Source: a virus
Direction: 5' to 3' (one strand)
Length of the DNA: 64,000 bases
UHGV virus genome: UHGV-1374526
Part shown: one piece after another, positions 8,236 through 18,026 of the stretch
Layout of the letters: every line of letters begins with the position of its first letter
Numbering within the stretch: the stretch's first letter is position 1
Program-made: the position numbers and the translations under genes
The notes under the pieces: model-generated
What the model saw: the letters and a program-made list of their open reading frames with translations, nothing else
The model's database searches: none
What the model was told of the DNA's origin: nothing

Positions 8236-10154
8236 TGCACGAAGAAATAGACCACCCCCCTATATCATTTTCACTGCCTCGCATTCCGGGGTATGAAATG
8301 GAGATTACAGACGACCAGACCAAACTCACAGGCGATACTCTTGCCGTTGACTTTGAAACGTATTATGAGGGGAAATATTCCCTCAAGTTCATGGACCCGC
8401 ATTCCTACTGTCTGGACCCACGGTTCGACGCATACATCATGTCCGTCTATGACGGGAAGTATTGCTGGGTAGGACATCCGAAGGATTTTGACTGGGAGAA
8501 AACTACGAAGGACAAAACCCTCGTCGCGTTTAACGCCAGCTTCGACTATGCCGTTTACCTCTTCGCACTTCACGCACCGGGGGCCAAGGGCATCCCGTGC
8601 ACGCCAAGCTTCCAGCCGCCCTTCAAGGAGTGGCTCTGTTCCCGTGCCGCTTCCAACTATCTCGCCATCTATGGCTCTCTTGACAAGATTGTCGCAAAGC
8701 TTTGGGGTGTAGAGATTAGCAAGGAGGTCCGAGCCAAGGCCGAAGGCGTTGATTTCCGCAAGATGGAAGTCATCCCAGACGACATGAAGGAATACGTGGC
8801 GGGCGATAGTTACTACTGTCTCGCCTTGTGGGACAAGATGAAGAACTTCTGGCCGGAAGATGAACGGGAATGTTGGCTCAATACCTGCATCATGGGATGG
8901 CGCGGAGTTCCGACTTCCCGTCAGTATCTTCTTGACGGATTGGAGAAACTCCATCAGGCGCAGGAGGAATACAAGGAAGCTATCCCGCTTGAAAAGAAAC
9001 TCTCCATTCCCCAACTACGTAGAGCGTGCGAGGAACTGAACATCCCGCCGCCGGAGACGACGAGTAAGGCCAGCGAACTATTTACGGACTGGCTGGAAGA
9101 GTATGGCCACCTCGTCCCGTGGGTAACTCTTATCGGGAAGTACAGGAGCGTGAACCGCATGATTAGCATTACCGAGCGCATGCTTTCCCGCGTCTATACT
9201 GACCATGAAGGGATAGAACGTCTCCCCTATACGCTGACCTACTGTGGCGCAAGCACGGGTCGTTGGACTGCCGGGGGCGACAAGCTCAACCTGCAACAGC
9301 TTAACCGTGAAGACGTTCTGGGCTTTAACCAGCGCAACGCCATTCAAGCACCCGAAGGGTATAAGCTCGTGGTATGTGACTGGGCTGGGATTGAAGCACG
9401 TCTGACCGCTTGGCTCTGCGGGCAGGAGAAAATTCTTGATACCCTCCGTGCTGGTGAGAAGGACATCTATGCCGCTAACGCGAAAGGTTGGGGCCTCATC
9501 CCCGCGGATGTCAAGGACTTCAAACAGTACTGCAAGGAAACTCCGGGGCAAGCGGACCTTCGTCAGCATGTGAAGGCGGGGGTACTTGCTTGCGGCTTTA
9601 GTGCTGGATGGAAGGCTATTCAACGCTCGAACCCCGGAATGGACAGGGACCAGTGCCAAGCGATTGTGGACATGTACCGCAGTCGTAGCCCAGAAGTGGT
9701 AGCATGGTGGAGAGAGTTGGACGCATTAGCGGCTCGCGGCTATCGTACCCCCTCCCATAGCTTCGCGCTCTCCCTTCCCTCTGGCCGGAAGCTCTATTAT
9801 CGTAACTGTTACAAGAAACTCATTCAACCCAAGGACGGTCGTCGTCCCTATTTCGCAACCTGCGTCGATTTCGGGTACAAGTCCTCCATCGTCAATACTA
9901 ACCTCCTTAGCAACAATAACATCCAGTCAATCGCACGTGACCTCATGGTCCGCACGTTCAACCGCCTGTGCAAGGAATTAGAGGGTGCGCAACCTATCCT
10001 TCTCGTGCATGACGAAGCCGTAGTGATGGTTCCGGCTGACCATGCCGAGGAATACGCCCAGCGCATCGAACAGATAATGGAAGAAACTCCGCAGTGGGCT
10101 TCATCCCTTCCGCTCCTTGCCGAACCTGAAATCATGGACAAGTATCGCAAATGA
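8235..10154 (+). CDS. Family A DNA polymerase with 3'-5' exonuclease domain
   Basis: Exonuclease motifs LAVDFETY, FNASFDY and YVAGDSYY. Polymerase motif A VCDWAGIEARL, motif B KAGVLACGFSAG and motif C LLVHDEAVV. The start was placed at ATG 8235 to avoid overlapping the MazG-like gene. Confidence 0.8.
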   Translation: MHEEIDHPPISFSLPRIPGYEMEITDDQTKLTGDTLAVDFETYYEGKYSLKFMDPHSYCLDPRFDAYIMSVYDGKYCWVGHPKDFDWEKTTKDKTLVAFNASFDYAVYLFALHAPGAKGIPCTPSFQPPFKEWLCSRAASNYLAIYGSLDKIVAKLWGVEISKEVRAKAEGVDFRKMEVIPDDMKEYVAGDSYYCLALWDKMKNFWPEDERECWLNTCIMGWRGVPTSRQYLLDGLEKLHQAQEEYKEAIPLEKKLSIPQLRRACEELNIPPPETTSKASELFTDWLEEYGHLVPWVTLIGKYRSVNRMISITERMLSRVYTDHEGIERLPYTLTYCGASTGRWTAGGDKLNLQQLNREDVLGFNQRNAIQAPEGYKLVVCDWAGIEARLTAWLCGQEKILDTLRAGEKDIYAANAKGWGLIPADVKDFKQYCKETPGQADLRQHVKAGVLACGFSAGWKAIQRSNPGMDRDQCQAIVDMYRSRSPEVVAWWRELDALAARGYRTPSHSFALSLPSGRKLYYRNCYKKLIQPKDGRRPYFATCVDFGYKSSIVNTNLLSNNNIQSIARDLMVRTFNRLCKELEGAQPILLVHDEAVVMVPADHAEEYAQRIEQIMEETPQWASSLPLLAEPEIMDKYRK

Positions 10155-11506
10155 GTGCGCTTACTCCATTCCCGCCTCAAGAAGATTGCATCCACGATAT
10201 GGTGGATGCAATTACCCGGCACGGCTATGTGATAAATAAATCCTGCACGGGTACGGGGAAGACATTGGTTACTATCGAAACCGCGAAGGCTATGGGCAAG
10301 AGACTTCTCGTCGTCTGCCCTGCCATCGTAGTGACCCAATGGAAGCGAGCGATTGAACAGCAAGGAGCGGACGCGGTGGATGTCCTCTCATGGGAGAAGG
10401 TGCGCAGGGGGAGCACCCCCTATTACAAACGCCCCACAAAGATTCCCAAGTCCCGGATAGTCTTCGGGGCTTGGACCCTTCCCGACGATTCCTTGCTGGT
10501 CCTTGATGAAAGCCATAAGGCCAAAACCTATGGTAGCCAAAGCAACATCATGGCATTAACTGCGGCCCATCAAGGACTTCCGACGATTATGCTCTCTGCC
10601 ACTCCTTTTATGTCTCCCCTCGATATGAGTGTCCCCGCAACATATGCCAAGTGGATTCAAGACCCCCGGCGAGGGTTCTGGCTCTGGGCACGTATGCACG
10701 GATGCACCGACAGCTTCTGGGGAGGTATCGAGTTTAAGCTCAACCCACGTAACCACGCCATGATGGAGAACCTGAAACAAAAGCTCTTCACTGCTGGGGT
10801 TATGACAGAGATTGACAAGGATAGACTTGACACATTCTTCCCGGAGAATAGAATCGAATATCTGTCCGTGGACGTAGACATGAAAGGTATGAAAGAGATT
10901 AAACAATTACAGAAAGCACTTGACAAGCTGGACAAATCATGGGACCAGTCCATCGAACGGGCTAACGAGAAGGGAATCGAACTTCCTGCTATCGTTGAAC
11001 TCCTTCGGCTTCGCCAGCAATCTGAATTGGCTAAGCTCCCCACGATGGCAGAGAAGGCAGTTGAACTTCTGGACAGTGGATATAGCGTCGCCATCTTCGT
11101 GTCTTTCCTCGACAGTCTCTCCACACTCTCGGAACTCATTAACAATAAATCGGGGAGAACAGTTCCCTACTCCGAGATTAGTGGAGCGGTGACTGGGAAG
11201 AACCGACAGGAAGAGGTGGACAAGTTCCAACGGAATGAAGTTCCTCTCGCTCTCGTGCAGATTAGTGCAGGAGGAACTGGGGTGTCGCTTCACGATACCG
11301 AGGGAGGCCACCCCCGCGCCGCACTCATCTCGCCCGATTTTTCCCTTTCGTCACTCCTGCAAGCTCAAGGACGTATCGCCCGCCTCGGTGCAAAGTCACA
11401 CACCTTGCAGTACATTGTGACCGCCTCCGGTACGGTGGAGGAACGAATCATACAATCACTCAACACAAAAGAAATTTGCTTTAACGCATTAACATCAAAT
11501 GGCTAA
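10151..11506 (+). CDS. SF2 (SNF2/DEAD-like) DNA helicase
   Basis: Walker A SCTGTGKT and DEAH-like box LVLDESHKAK, plus a C-terminal helicase domain (QISAGGTGVSLHDT...QGRIARLG). Confidence 0.7.
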   Translation: MSALTPFPPQEDCIHDMVDAITRHGYVINKSCTGTGKTLVTIETAKAMGKRLLVVCPAIVVTQWKRAIEQQGADAVDVLSWEKVRRGSTPYYKRPTKIPKSRIVFGAWTLPDDSLLVLDESHKAKTYGSQSNIMALTAAHQGLPTIMLSATPFMSPLDMSVPATYAKWIQDPRRGFWLWARMHGCTDSFWGGIEFKLNPRNHAMMENLKQKLFTAGVMTEIDKDRLDTFFPENRIEYLSVDVDMKGMKEIKQLQKALDKLDKSWDQSIERANEKGIELPAIVELLRLRQQSELAKLPTMAEKAVELLDSGYSVAIFVSFLDSLSTLSELINNKSGRTVPYSEISGAVTGKNRQEEVDKFQRNEVPLALVQISAGGTGVSLHDTEGGHPRAALISPDFSLSSLLQAQGRIARLGAKSHTLQYIVTASGTVEERIIQSLNTKEICFNALTSNG

Positions 11507-12713
11507 TAACGAAACCAACACTCATAGTAAGTACAGTCCGAGTAAGATGGCATTGCTCGCTACCTGTCCCGGATATGTCCCACGCCCCCTGACTAAAGAG
11601 GAAGAAGAGGATGACTTCTCCCCGGCGGCCATTGGGACCCGTGTTCACGCGGCCCTCGAAACCAAGAACCCAGAATCCCTTCTTACCAAGCATGAGCACA
11701 TCCTCTACACTGCGGCATCCAACATGGTGGATAGGCTCATGTCCATCTTCGCAACCGAGGTACAAACGGACAAGGTAGAAGTACTCCCGGAACACAAGTT
11801 TGAAGGAATCGTCTTCAACCCAGACGACGAAGCACAAACCGGAACGGCTGACGTTCTTGTCCGGCATGGTGATACTTCCATGATTATCGACTACAAAATG
11901 GGGATGGTCCCTGTCTCTGACCCTGCCGAGAATACCCAGTTCATCTACTATGGTTTGCTGGAAATGGCAGAACGCCCTGAATGTAAGCGCATTATCCTCG
12001 CGGTGGTACAACCCAGCCAGACCGAAAGCATGAAGATTGCGGCGTTCTACCGCGACGGTAAGGGGCCGAAGTTCACCACCGACATGTCCGCAGTCCCTAT
12101 GGACGAGGCTACCGCAAGGGGAAACATGTCCGCAGTCATTGCCCGCCATTGCCGTGACGCGGAGAACCCCTACGCTTACTCATCCTCTCCGCACGTCTGC
12201 CCCTACTGTTCCCGTCTCGCCCGGTGTAAGAAGGTGACTAGCATGGCCCGTAACTTCTCACTTAAAGTATTGAAGGACAAGGACCTAGCCGAGGGAATGA
12301 TTGACAATGTCGGTACGGCGATGGACAACCCGGAAACCCTTGGCTCCCTTCTTTCCTTTGCGAACATTATCGCGGAGGCCAACAAGGTGCATAAGGACTA
12401 TGCCAAGACCCTCTTCGCTTGCGGCGTTGATGTTCCCGGATGGAAGTATGCACGGCGAGGTAATACCGTAAAGGTGGACAACGATGCCTTCCGTGCCTAC
12501 GTCGAGCAGTACATTTCCCCAGAGGAAATTCTGGACAGCATCTCCCGCCTCCCTGTGTCGAAGCTTCTTGACATGGTGGTAGATAAAAACAAAGTTGAAG
12601 GAGCCACCCGTGCCGAGATGAAGGAGGCCAAGGAATCCTTACTCGAAGAGCTTCAAGAACTTGGAGTAGTGAAAGAAGTGACGAGCGCGATGGCTTTGCT
12701 CAAAATCAAATAA
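11499..12713 (+). CDS. PD-(D/E)XK (RecB/Cas4-like) nuclease
   Basis: Nuclease core DVLVRHGD...IIDYK and a C-terminal Cys cluster CPYCSRLARC. The gene sits between the helicase and the resolvase. Confidence 0.55.
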   Translation: MANNETNTHSKYSPSKMALLATCPGYVPRPLTKEEEEDDFSPAAIGTRVHAALETKNPESLLTKHEHILYTAASNMVDRLMSIFATEVQTDKVEVLPEHKFEGIVFNPDDEAQTGTADVLVRHGDTSMIIDYKMGMVPVSDPAENTQFIYYGLLEMAERPECKRIILAVVQPSQTESMKIAAFYRDGKGPKFTTDMSAVPMDEATARGNMSAVIARHCRDAENPYAYSSSPHVCPYCSRLARCKKVTSMARNFSLKVLKDKDLAEGMIDNVGTAMDNPETLGSLLSFANIIAEANKVHKDYAKTLFACGVDVPGWKYARRGNTVKVDNDAFRAYVEQYISPEEILDSISRLPVSKLLDMVVDKNKVEGATRAEMKEAKESLLEELQELGVVKEVTSAMALLKIK

Positions 12714-12718
12714 ACATC

Positions 12719-12746
12719 TTGACATTTCACGAACTTGTGATATAGT
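12719..12746 (+). promoter_or_regulatory. Sigma70-type promoter TTGACA-N16-TATAGT
   Basis: It lies immediately after the nuclease stop codon, ~75 nt upstream of the next ATG. Confidence 0.55.
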
Positions 12747-12822
12747 CGCGTCAGAGAAGTTACCGAGGGTAGTTCACTCACCAAAGAAGCCCTCAACCCA
12801 AAACCAAGAATAAACGAATACT

Positions 12823-13590
12823 ATGGCTACTAAGAAAACAGAACACGAAACCTTGGGAATAGACCCGGGAGACGCATTGGAACTGGGAACCCCGGAACCC
12901 AATCAACTCGCAACCGCTACGGAATACCACTCTTTCGAGGGTGAGACCGACGCTTCGGACATTCAGATTCCCTACCTCAAACTGTGGCAAGCCTCTTGCG
13001 ATGAGGCTAAACTGGAAGAACCGATTGGCAGTTTGGGTGCGTTCCTTCTCAACGGTCTGGTCGTTGCCGAGCGCAATAATCCTCTTGAATGTATCGTATT
13101 GAAGGCTCGTAAGTTCTTCCGCGAATACATCCCGTACAACGAACGTCAGCCCGGCGTATATGCCAAGACGTGGAATACGAAGGAAGAGTATGAAGCAGAA
13201 GGATTTGACAAGTCGCAGGTCAACCGTGCCCTTGCCATGTGGCTACTGGTTAAGAAGCCGCAGGGTATTAAGGACGCAAGTACCACCGAGGATGACCTTG
13301 ACGCTCTCTTCACCATTGACTTCATGGGCGACCAGTGGACGCTGGCACGCTACACCCCGGAAGGTAATCAGTACACGGGCGTTGGTGCTCCCTTCATTCA
13401 GTTCATGATGTTGAAGGGGAACAAGCTCGGCTCCCTGCCCTTCCGTGTGCAGATTGGTGCACAACGCGCCGTCTCCCGCGACGGGAAGAACAGCTACGCC
13501 AAAGCGTTCCTCAAGTTCAAACCGCACCCGGTGGAAGGTCAGGTTGAAGCCATCCAAGAGATGGGCCTCCTTTCCGCGGTAACTAAGTAA
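12823..13590 (+). CDS. Hypothetical protein; by position it could be an ssDNA-annealing or SSB-type recombination partner
   Basis: A 255-aa ORF between the nuclease and the RuvC-like resolvase. No diagnostic motif was recognised. Confidence 0.4.
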   Translation: MATKKTEHETLGIDPGDALELGTPEPNQLATATEYHSFEGETDASDIQIPYLKLWQASCDEAKLEEPIGSLGAFLLNGLVVAERNNPLECIVLKARKFFREYIPYNERQPGVYAKTWNTKEEYEAEGFDKSQVNRALAMWLLVKKPQGIKDASTTEDDLDALFTIDFMGDQWTLARYTPEGNQYTGVGAPFIQFMMLKGNKLGSLPFRVQIGAQRAVSRDGKNSYAKAFLKFKPHPVEGQVEAIQEMGLLSAVTK

Positions 13591-13701
13591 CCCCCTCCCG
13601 GCCCTGACGGGTTTATCCCGTAGCACCGCATTGCGGGTAAAAAAGGGGCACGTTCTATTCGGCCATCATAGTACGCTATGGTGGCCGTCTTATTTTTGTG
13701 C

Positions 13702-13730
13702 TTGACCTTCTGGACTTTGTGGGATATATT
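13702..13730 (+). promoter_or_regulatory. Sigma70-type promoter TTGACC-N17-TATATT ending 5 nt before the ATG (leaderless)
   Basis: -35 at 13702-13707 and -10 at 13725-13730, with the ATG at 13736. Confidence 0.45.
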
Positions 13731-13735
13731 CTCCT

Positions 13736-14251
13736 ATGCAACTAGTAGGAGTTGACCCCGGAACCCACGGAGCCCTTGTACTCGCGGACACCCGGAGCAA
13801 GAAAATCTGGATAAAGCACATGCCAGAAGACGAAAGGGAACTGGAAATCATATTGAACAAACTGCCACGTAGCCGTCATCGTATCATGTACATTGAGAAG
13901 ATGAGCTATGCCATGAGCGGAGGCGGCAAGGTGTCCAATCCGAGAAGTAGTGGCGTATTGGGAGAGGCAACCGGGAAGGTCCTCGGTTACGCCGCGGCGG
14001 CGGGGTACACCGTCACAAAGGTTTCCCCAATCGTATGGATGCGGGCTATGGGCGCGTATGATACGGGCCTGACTGCCCGGGACCGCACGAAGTGGAAGAA
14101 CAACCTGAAACGCATCGCGATGGAGAACTTCCCCGGCGCGAAGGTGACATTGCAGAACGCGGACGCTCTTCTCATTCTATTGTACGCGTACCGGGAACTG
14201 AACGACGACCACACACTGACCCTCGACAACTGGGATATAGAAAGAATCTGA
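13736..14251 (+). CDS. RuvC-like Holliday junction resolvase
   Basis: N-terminal MQLVGVDPGTHGALVL matches the RuvC ...G(I/V)DPG motif. Later acidic residues are present. The size (171 aa) fits. Confidence 0.6.
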   Translation: MQLVGVDPGTHGALVLADTRSKKIWIKHMPEDERELEIILNKLPRSRHRIMYIEKMSYAMSGGGKVSNPRSSGVLGEATGKVLGYAAAAGYTVTKVSPIVWMRAMGAYDTGLTARDRTKWKNNLKRIAMENFPGAKVTLQNADALLILLYAYRELNDDHTLTLDNWDIERI

Positions 14252-14252
14252 A

Positions 14253-16091
14253 ATGGCACGACACTTTACCCGCTACGGACGACAATGGGAGTACGGAGTA
14301 TCAGAGCTTGACATCGAACTCTGGTGCTTCAAATACGCATGGCCCGAAGAGAAGGGAGGGCTGGGCAGGTATGGACACGCTAAGAACGCCATCAATCTCC
14401 TGTGGAATTACAAGGGCAGTCCTACTCCCATTATCTGGACGCCGTGGATTGAACGGATGATTGAAACCGCGTGCAAATATGATGTGGTCATCATGGGTGG
14501 AGGCTCGTCCTCTGGGAAGTCATTATCTATGGCTATCATGGCGACGCTCTTCTATCTGGCCGACCCCGTCGATACCCTTTGCCTAGTCACATCGACTACT
14601 ATTGAAGGTGCGAAGAAACGTATCTTCAAGGATATTAAACGGTTGTGGCGCAAGGAATTTCCGGGCAAGCTCGTTGATGGCAAGGGACAGATTAAAGGCG
14701 TGAACGAGGACGGAGATATTGACGATTCCCGCGGCATCTCCATTATCCCCTGCGCGAACGTCGGCGACCCCAGTAGCCGATTTATCGGTATTAAGGCAAA
14801 GAACATGCACGTCTTTTACGACGAGCTTTCCGAATTGCCGATTGAACTCGTCGAGGTGTGGCGTACCAACCTCATCACCAACAGAGCGGACACGCCTCCT
14901 ACCCTGATGGCCGCCTCTAACCCCAAGAGCCGCACCGATGCCTTTGGTGTTATGGCTATGCCCAAGGATGGGTGGAACAGCGTTGACATCTTTGAGGAAT
15001 ACGAGTGGGAGACCAAGGACGGGATTTACATCCGCTTCGACAACACCCAGAACCCCCGCATCAAATATGGCCGCGAGGATTGGAGCTTCTACACCCCGTT
15101 GGACATCGTTCAGCAAACGATTGAACAATATGGGGAGAATAGTCCGTTCGTGATGCGGTTCCACCGGGCAACCTTTTCAGACGATACGGAAGAAGGTTCA
15201 CTAATGTCGGAGGCTGAAATTTACGGCAGTGGCGCGGATGCCATGCCCGTCTGGGGAGACGGCGAGTTGATTACCATCGCAGGATTGGACCCTGCCTACA
15301 CCAACGGCGGGGACCAGTCATGTTTGAAGCTCGCCAAAGTCGGACGAACGGTTGAAGGGCTTTGGGCGTGCGCGGTGTTCCGTACCTATTTGTTGAAGTC
15401 TACGTCCGACAAGGAACGGATGAAGCAAAGGAACTTCGACATCGCCCAGCAAGTTGGAGAGATTCTCCGGGCCAACGGGGTTGAAAGTAAGTACCTTGCC
15501 GTAGACGTAACCGGAGGTACTGGTTTCATCGACATCCTCGCCCAGCATGTCGGCACGGACTTCCAGACGGTCAGCTTCGCGGGTATGGCGAGCAAAGTGC
15601 CCATTGGCCTGTTGCAGAATCAGGAGGCATGCCAGCAATATAGCAACAAGGTCTCCGAGCTTTGGGGATGTATGAAACTGGCAATCAATGCTCGCCAACT
15701 TTATGGCCTCGACCCGACAACTATCGTCGAGCTTAAATCCCGGCTCTACACCATGAACGGAACCCGAATTGCCGTGGAACCCAAGGCGGCCATGAAGAAA
15801 CGGATTCATAAATCCCCGGACAACGCGGACGCACTAGCACTTCTCGTCCACGTGTGCCGGGGAATCATGGGACCGGAGTTCGGTAAGATTAGGCTTGACA
15901 TTCAGAACCATAAGGTGGTAGAACATCAAGAGGTAATCAAATATCGCGAAGACGGAACCGCATATATTGAAGCCGCAGACATTGGCAGGTATCTCGGAGG
16001 CTTCGTCGGAGGCAATGCCCCCGCTCCCGCTCCTGCCCGCGACACCTTTGCCTCCGACGTAACCGCCGCAATGAACATGCTATGGACCTAA
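14253..16091 (+). CDS. Terminase large subunit
   Basis: Walker A VVIMGGGSSSGKSLS followed by an ATPase and nuclease-domain-sized ORF (612 aa). It sits at the head of the morphogenesis block. Confidence 0.75.
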   Translation: MARHFTRYGRQWEYGVSELDIELWCFKYAWPEEKGGLGRYGHAKNAINLLWNYKGSPTPIIWTPWIERMIETACKYDVVIMGGGSSSGKSLSMAIMATLFYLADPVDTLCLVTSTTIEGAKKRIFKDIKRLWRKEFPGKLVDGKGQIKGVNEDGDIDDSRGISIIPCANVGDPSSRFIGIKAKNMHVFYDELSELPIELVEVWRTNLITNRADTPPTLMAASNPKSRTDAFGVMAMPKDGWNSVDIFEEYEWETKDGIYIRFDNTQNPRIKYGREDWSFYTPLDIVQQTIEQYGENSPFVMRFHRATFSDDTEEGSLMSEAEIYGSGADAMPVWGDGELITIAGLDPAYTNGGDQSCLKLAKVGRTVEGLWACAVFRTYLLKSTSDKERMKQRNFDIAQQVGEILRANGVESKYLAVDVTGGTGFIDILAQHVGTDFQTVSFAGMASKVPIGLLQNQEACQQYSNKVSELWGCMKLAINARQLYGLDPTTIVELKSRLYTMNGTRIAVEPKAAMKKRIHKSPDNADALALLVHVCRGIMGPEFGKIRLDIQNHKVVEHQEVIKYREDGTAYIEAADIGRYLGGFVGGNAPAPAPARDTFASDVTAAMNMLWT

Positions 16092-16741
16092 GAGCCGCCG
16101 CAAAGATAGCCGCCCCCAAACCGATTTCCAACGAGAACACCGTTATACGGAAGGCCATTGAGATGTACAAGGCAGGGACCCCGGTTCCTGTCATCTCGGA
16201 AGTTACTGGCCTCCCCCGTGAACGTGTTGATAAGATTGTTGATAGCGTCCAACTCTCGAAGGAGGAACTGGCTATCCGCAATGAACTTCTCAATACGTAC
16301 ACACAGAACACACAGGCACGCATCCTCCAACGCCAAGAGGCGAGGACGAAGATAGAGCTTGACATCGTTGAATCCATGAGTAGCCAGTACAAAGAACTGA
16401 TGAACAGTGGATTCTCCCGTGTCGCTTCCTTCATGGCCGACGCAGAGATACAATCAATTAAGGATGTACCTCTCTTCCTCTCTATCATGGAGCGAAGCCA
16501 CGGTCTGTGGGAGAAGTTTAACGAAGCGATTGCGAAGCGCGACATGGACCTACTGTCACAGGTCATTCAGCAGTTCGAGCTGGAACAAACCGAGATAGTG
16601 ACGCAGATGGGATTGCAGGGTGGACCAGTAACTCTGAACAAGGATGGCACTCGTCCTGAACTGGAAGAAGGAAGCGCGGCCAGAACTATTACCTTGAAGC
16701 TAAAGAAGAAAGGCGAAAAGCCCGAAGCTGACGAAAAATAA
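16082..16741 (+). CDS. Hypothetical protein with HTH-like segment
   Basis: ISEVTGLPRERVDKIV is helix-turn-helix-like. The C-terminal half is coiled-coil. Its function is unknown, and terminase small subunit is not excluded. Confidence 0.35.
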   Translation: MDLRAAAKIAAPKPISNENTVIRKAIEMYKAGTPVPVISEVTGLPRERVDKIVDSVQLSKEELAIRNELLNTYTQNTQARILQRQEARTKIELDIVESMSSQYKELMNSGFSRVASFMADAEIQSIKDVPLFLSIMERSHGLWEKFNEAIAKRDMDLLSQVIQQFELEQTEIVTQMGLQGGPVTLNKDGTRPELEEGSAARTITLKLKKKGEKPEADEK

Positions 16742-16743
16742 TA

Positions 16744-16771
16744 TTGACAACGTCGTCCATTCGCGTATAGT
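16744..16771 (+). promoter_or_regulatory. Sigma70-type promoter TTGACA-N16-TATAGT ending 6 nt before the ATG (leaderless)
   Basis: -10 at 16766-16771 and the ATG at 16778. Confidence 0.5.
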
Positions 16772-16777
16772 GGGGCC

Positions 16778-17542
16778 ATGCCGAAACCCGAATCAATTCA
16801 AGAAGTCTTCCGTCGTTGGACCCCGGTAGCTCTCATGAACTTGCCGGAGGAAGTGAAGACCCCAGAAACGTTCCCCGATTATATGGGGACGGATGATGAA
16901 CCGTTGCCTGTTGGTCATAGTCAGGGAATTCTAACGGTCATTGGGTACTCCCACGATGTCCGATATCCGTATGTCGCGCAATGTGCATGTGGGAATGTGG
17001 TCACGATGAACCGTCTGCAATTAACGCGCAAGCAACACCATTGTGGATGCCTGACCCAAATCATGCGCTCATCCTATCTTATCCGCTTGCGGGTAGAAGC
17101 TATGCGTTCATGGTGGCAACAGGTTCCTCTGTGGCTCGATGACCTTGACAAGCTTCGCGAACACGCGAAGAAGTACAAGAAGGCCGTCAAGAGAACGAAC
17201 AAGTACAATGCCAAGCTCTCCCATGTCGAGTACGCGGACGACCCGCTGACGTTTGACAGGGAGGTAGAGACCTCCGGTAGCCCTGACGGGGTGGACGCTT
17301 TCCTTTCCCTCATCGCACCGTCGGAGGAATATAGTCAGTTCCTACGCAGTATTGCCGAGAAGCTGACCAAGGAATATAAACCTTGGCCCGCAATCCCGAT
17401 GGCGAATACAAGCGCGTATGCCAGTTACAAGAACGAACTGCCCGAATTTGACGCGGCTACCTTCATTAACTTCGTCAACTACCTTGCAGACGCACAAGAG
17501 GATAAAAACCTGAAACCTACGTCCGACAATGGCGATAAGTGA
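16778..17542 (+). CDS. Hypothetical protein
   Basis: A 254-aa ORF in the gene train. Confidence 0.4.
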   Translation: MPKPESIQEVFRRWTPVALMNLPEEVKTPETFPDYMGTDDEPLPVGHSQGILTVIGYSHDVRYPYVAQCACGNVVTMNRLQLTRKQHHCGCLTQIMRSSYLIRLRVEAMRSWWQQVPLWLDDLDKLREHAKKYKKAVKRTNKYNAKLSHVEYADDPLTFDREVETSGSPDGVDAFLSLIAPSEEYSQFLRSIAEKLTKEYKPWPAIPMANTSAYASYKNELPEFDAATFINFVNYLADAQEDKNLKPTSDNGDK

Positions 17543-18020
17543 GAATGCCGCCGTCTTCCATGAGGTAGCACGGGATAAGGAGGTGTGGGGAAAAGCATGG
17601 AGATACCGTGCCTACTACCTTGCGTGGGTGAACGGGAAGTCCGCGAGGCTTGCGCCTACACGTGGCGAGGTCATGCACCCCTACCCCGACCGGGCGAACC
17701 CTACACACGTGATGGCCTTTAAGGATGTTGACCCGGTGCATGGAGTGCGTCCTAAATACTTTCGGACAAAGATATTCTCGAATAGTACGGAAACCCCACT
17801 CACTAGACCCCTCACGCTAACTCCGGGCAGTCCTCGAAAGTACCCCTTCTTCTCCTATCTAATGTATGAGCCTCTCGTCGAATCCCAGCTCTACTTCCGC
17901 TGGTATCTCTTCCAGCAGTTGGTAACTGAATGGGCATTCAATATCCTGCCGCCTCAAGCGGACACATCCTTGGGCATACAGGCTGAACGCCGCGCCCTCA
18001 AAGCAACTAAAACAAAATAA
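17529..18020 (+). CDS. Hypothetical protein
   Basis: A 163-aa ORF overlapping the neighbouring stop. Confidence 0.4.
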   Translation: MAISENAAVFHEVARDKEVWGKAWRYRAYYLAWVNGKSARLAPTRGEVMHPYPDRANPTHVMAFKDVDPVHGVRPKYFRTKIFSNSTETPLTRPLTLTPGSPRKYPFFSYLMYEPLVESQLYFRWYLFQQLVTEWAFNILPPQADTSLGIQAERRALKATKTK

Positions 18021-18026
18021 ACGACA

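Noticed and set aside
13590-13640. Terminator after gene 12823-13590
   Set aside because: Only short imperfect stems (acggg-tttat-cccgt; ccgca-ttgcgg) were found, followed by an A-run rather than a T-run. The evidence is not convincing.
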